Shown here: one piece after another, positions 62,001 through 64,000 of the stretch | Numbering within the stretch: position 1 is the stretch's first letter | Layout of the letters: every line of letters starts with the position of its first letter | Source: an uncultured Acidobacteriota bacterium | GTDB lineage: Bacteria; Acidobacteriota; Thermoanaerobaculia; Multivoradales; SZUA-115 | Assembly: GCA_963805975.1 (NCBI GenBank) | Contig: CAWDVR010000005.1 | Span: 512,001 to 576,000 of the forward strand | DNA length: 64,000 nucleotides | Direction: 5' to 3' | Translations under genes and position numbers: made by a program | Notes under the pieces: generated by a model | Told to the model about the DNA's origin: nothing | Seen by the model: only the letters and a program-made list of their open reading frames with translations | The model's database searches: none

Positions 62001-62336
62001 CAGCGCCCCGGCCAGCACCAGGTCGGAGCCCATGTCGAGGTGTGCCAGCTGCAGGTTGATGTGCGGCAGGTTGATGCGGAAGTCCCAGCCGTCGAGGTTG
62101 GGCTGGATCTCGGGATAGCTCAGGGTCTCGGGGAGCTGGTCACCGGCCGCGGTGTTCCAGCAGCCGAAGATGATCTGCCCGTTCTTGACGCAGTGGCCGG
62201 CGCCGCGGTCGAGCCCTTGGGCTTGGGCCCGGCCGGCGGCCAGCGCCAGCAGGCAGAGGGCGGCGAGAGCGGCCCGACGCTTCGCGCCGCGGTGAGAGCT
62301 GCTTTCGACAGTGGAGCGTAGGCAACGTCCGAACAT
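59052..62336 (-). CDS. Large secreted FG-GAP repeat protein with zincin-like C-terminus
   Basis: AGGAGG RBS, signal peptide, propeller-like region, five GDxxGDG-type repeats, HVVEEFGH...PEHYF. Confidence 0.82.
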   Translation of the reverse strand: MFGRCLRSTVESSSHRGAKRRAALAALCLLALAAGRAQAQGLDRGAGHCVKNGQIIFGCWNTAAGDQLPETLSYPEIQPNLDGWDFRINLPHINLQLAHLDMGSDLVLAGALEDFASLYATTPAGKPFIADYGHRNNSLWVFRVRSEDGQVYFKHLPSRRSGSVAENAAVLTAGWMRVGSLPGPRFKIEKPTVVVVPDGTGNTFYVLARAENNAVHMSKLAFFGGTPSWFEGWVPLGITSTSPIAASRAFGQQLALATFRGKPLFGYEVRLFNPATQLWSPAIAMANVASSPQLVWDGTALNGFFVQGGQVQHLFSTSSAPLMFREQVQVTNGFALANGQYHVELFNGRFHLAYLLGAADPSFNPVYYTTAYTPFGQRSNWAQPSYTGFNARSGPRVATVYDQLYVVANGFDGKPRFARKDPNKRGNNLTGGANDDRWLEAGWPADDRAGSVYGDPAVLSFNGDIYLAANRLPQGFTAGYPHLMNFSRSVMKRLATQKWGMRLTHGEPDGDFISTVAVTPQTGTKVLGDFDGDGKTDLAQLTQLPRSQSSSSPVFVSRGAIAPSMRFGGNELWIPDFAPAGEVPLAGDVNGDGMDDLVTFVQKSQSGVGNAPVWVALSNGDGFDTAQPWHTFFSLQGEIPAVGDFDGDTRADIATFTQQPQHDAAGNLLGNAPVWVALSTGSSFGGSSIWHPFFSLAGELPQVGDFNGDGRTDIVTFTQQPQHFADGSLLGQAPVWVSLSTGSSFATSTVWATDFSRAGEVPLVGDIDFDGRDDVMSFLHGQGGAGNEFRSSAAASAGNRFLAPALMMQDFAKNHQVRIDSARIVRSPAVAHIQGMKLRDFTLNPVHEKRFMPEILAFDSSNNNILFTIPARYFPSPWGAPWERYKMSLEKWVGLAMYPEWIYGGPNHCMLPIHRFAMLGRSGAATGGITMSSVHVEAREGHVVEEFGHSLFAVCLRSTADPFNIHNAIFNLSTAQGGVGAGSMPGCSSAGSILDVFGNGFYDCRDPEHYFISILIRFRLMGDTFRAQITNPNITAAQRATAKAQYLWVKNNWYQGVDFKRATSAPPGSLFADGVQCLPNECPLDPGGTIGVLQ
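60010..60600 (-). repeat. Intragenic ~55-60 aa tandem repeats
   Basis: Three units GD.NGDG..D..TF.Q...G.APVWV.LS; DNA-level similarity (CACCCACACCGG at about 60126, 60308, 60492). Confidence 0.75.
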
Positions 62337-62457
62337 GGGGTTCCTCCTGAAGTTGGGTTGGGCTCACCTCGCTTTCTGAAACGGGGTCGGAGGCCGAATC
62401 CCGCCACCTTGACCTCGCGCCGCGGTCCGCACTAGGGTCCGGGCCAGCGAGGTGACG

Positions 62458-63234
62458 ATGAGTCTCGAAGGCAAGACGGCGGTGGTCACGGGCGGAGGCC
62501 GCGGCATCGGCGCGGCGGTAGTGCGCGAGCTGGCCGCGGCTGGTGCGGCAGTGGTAGCCGCCGCCCGCACGCTGAGCGAGGTCGAGAGCCTGGCCGCGGA
62601 GCTCTCCGCCGCCGGGCATCGCGCCTGGGGCCTCGCCTGCGACGTGACGAGCGAGGCGAGCGTCGCCCTCCTGGCGCGCCGCGCGGGGGAGCACCTGGGA
62701 CAGGTGGATATCCTGGTGAACAACGCCGGCATCGCCACCTCGGCGCCGCTCAAGTCCGTGACGCCCGAGGAGTGGGAACGGGTGTTCGCCGTCAACGTCA
62801 CCGGCACCTTTCTCGCGACGCGGGCCTTCCTGCCCGGCATGCTCGAGCGCGGTTGGGGCCGGGTGGTCAACGTGGCCTCGATCGCCGGGCTCACCGGCGC
62901 CGCCTACATCTCGACCTACGCCGCCTCGAAGCACGCGGTGATCGGCTTCACGCGCTCGCTGGCCGCCGAGGTGGCGGCCAAGGGCGTGACCGTCAACGCC
63001 GTCTGCCCCGGCTACGTGGACACGCCGATGACCGAGCAGTCGATCGCCCGTATCGTGGCCAAGGCCGGCCTCACCGAGGAGGCGGCGCTCGAGGGCCTGA
63101 AGCGCATGAGCCCGCAGCACCGGCTGTTCGAGCCCGAGGAGGTTTCCTACCTGGTCGCCACCCTCTGCGACCCGCGCGCCCGCGGGGTCAACGGCCAGGC
63201 GATCGTCCTCGACGGCGGGGCGCTCCTCAAGTGA
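62458..63234 (+). CDS. Short-chain dehydrogenase/reductase
   Basis: TGGGRGIG, NNAG, YAASK, PGYVDT. Confidence 0.92.
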   Translation: MSLEGKTAVVTGGGRGIGAAVVRELAAAGAAVVAAARTLSEVESLAAELSAAGHRAWGLACDVTSEASVALLARRAGEHLGQVDILVNNAGIATSAPLKSVTPEEWERVFAVNVTGTFLATRAFLPGMLERGWGRVVNVASIAGLTGAAYISTYAASKHAVIGFTRSLAAEVAAKGVTVNAVCPGYVDTPMTEQSIARIVAKAGLTEEAALEGLKRMSPQHRLFEPEEVSYLVATLCDPRARGVNGQAIVLDGGALLK

Positions 63235-63641
63235 GCCGGCTGGTTCCCATCAACCCCGTGGACCTCGGCGCGCCGCGCGGCTACTCGAACGGCGTGCTGG
63301 CGCCGGCCGACGGGCGGCTCCTGTTCGTCGCCGGGCAGATCGCCTGGGACGAGGAGCAGCGCCTGATCGGCACCACCTTCCCGGAGCAGTTCCGCCGCGC
63401 GCTCGCCAACGTGCTCACCGTGGTGCGCGAGGCCGGGGGCGCGCCGCAGGACGTGGCGCGCCTCACCGTCTACGTGACCGACCGCGAGGAGTACCTCGCG
63501 GCGCGACGGGAAGTGGGCGAGGTCTACCGCGCGCTCATGGGCAAGCATTTTCCTGCCATGGCCCTGGTCGAGGTCGCGGCGCTCCTCGAGCCGCGAGCCA
63601 AGGTGGAGATCGAGGCCACGGCAGTGGTGCCGCCGCCGTAG
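63231..63641 (+). CDS. RidA/YjgF family protein
   Basis: GYSNG, LFVAGQIA, FPAMALVEV, VEIEATA; GTGA overlap. Confidence 0.9.
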   Translation: MSRLVPINPVDLGAPRGYSNGVLAPADGRLLFVAGQIAWDEEQRLIGTTFPEQFRRALANVLTVVREAGGAPQDVARLTVYVTDREEYLAARREVGEVYRALMGKHFPAMALVEVAALLEPRAKVEIEATAVVPPP

Positions 63642-63718
63642 CGGCCTGTGCCAGCCGACGCAAACGAACGTAGCGGCCGGACCTGTGCCGGCCGTCTGAA
63701 ATCCAGGAGAACCCGGCC

Positions 63719-64000
63719 GTGCCGATTGCGCCGCAGAGCTTCCTCTACCAACACGACGCCTCCTCCGGCGTCGCGACCCTCACCCTCGACCGGCCGGAGC
63801 GCCTCAACGCCCTGACCTTCGAGGTCTACCGCGAGCTGCGGGAGACCTTCGTCGCCCTCGACCGTGAGCCGGGTGTGCGCGCCATCGTCCTCACCGGCTC
63901 CGGCCGCGCGTTCTGCTCGGGCGGCGACGTCGAGGACATCATCGGCGCCCTCTTCGAGCGCGACTACCAGGGCCTCCTCGACTTCACGCGCGACACCGGC
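63719..64000 (+). CDS. Enoyl-CoA hydratase/isomerase family (partial, runs off window)
   Basis: Not in the ORF track; AGGAG RBS, GTG start, LTLDRPERLNAL, LTGSGRAFCSGGDV. Confidence 0.88.
   Translation, partial: MPIAPQSFLYQHDASSGVATLTLDRPERLNALTFEVYRELRETFVALDREPGVRAIVLTGSGRAFCSGGDVEDIIGALFERDYQGLLDFTRDTG

Overview
High-GC bacterial window (about 70% by eye) with dense coding and no rRNA, tRNA, CRISPR array or transposase that I can see. Gene content (FG-GAP/CRTAC1 proteins, Thr-type sulfatase-like proteins, heptose LPS genes, PKD surface protein with NP-repeat tail) suggests Acidobacteriota, possibly Thermoanaerobaculia; this is inference only. Left part: glucan/glycolysis block (GH13, two tandem GAPDH genes of which the first lacks the catalytic Cys, glucan phosphorylase), a Cys-rich secreted miniprotein, sseA-sufE, a PduO-type adenosyltransferase, pilB, ADP-heptose/LPS core genes, an ECF/anti-sigma/redoxin module and an M23 peptidase. 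Centre (about 21.0-46.7 kb): a large surface-glycan locus in which wzm and wzt are split by 8.6 kb holding three exported proteins. One of these has the signature of a highly expressed S-layer-like protein (near-consensus promoter, about 280-nt structured leader, own terminator, skewed codons). Downstream are a radical SAM enzyme, GT2/GT4 transferases, a 2OG oxygenase, a GNAT, a sulfatase-like lipoprotein and a deacetylase-GT2-coiled-coil protein. Right part: a putative nucleotidyltransferase TA pair, an S9 peptidase, a second ECF module, ogt, a frameshifted methyltransferase, pncB, a TPR-redoxin, a large FG-GAP protein and the start of a probable aromatic CoA-catabolism cluster. Best novelty candidates are the S-layer/glycosylation locus, the coupled pseudo-GAPDH/GAPDH pair and an exported JAB-motif lipoprotein.
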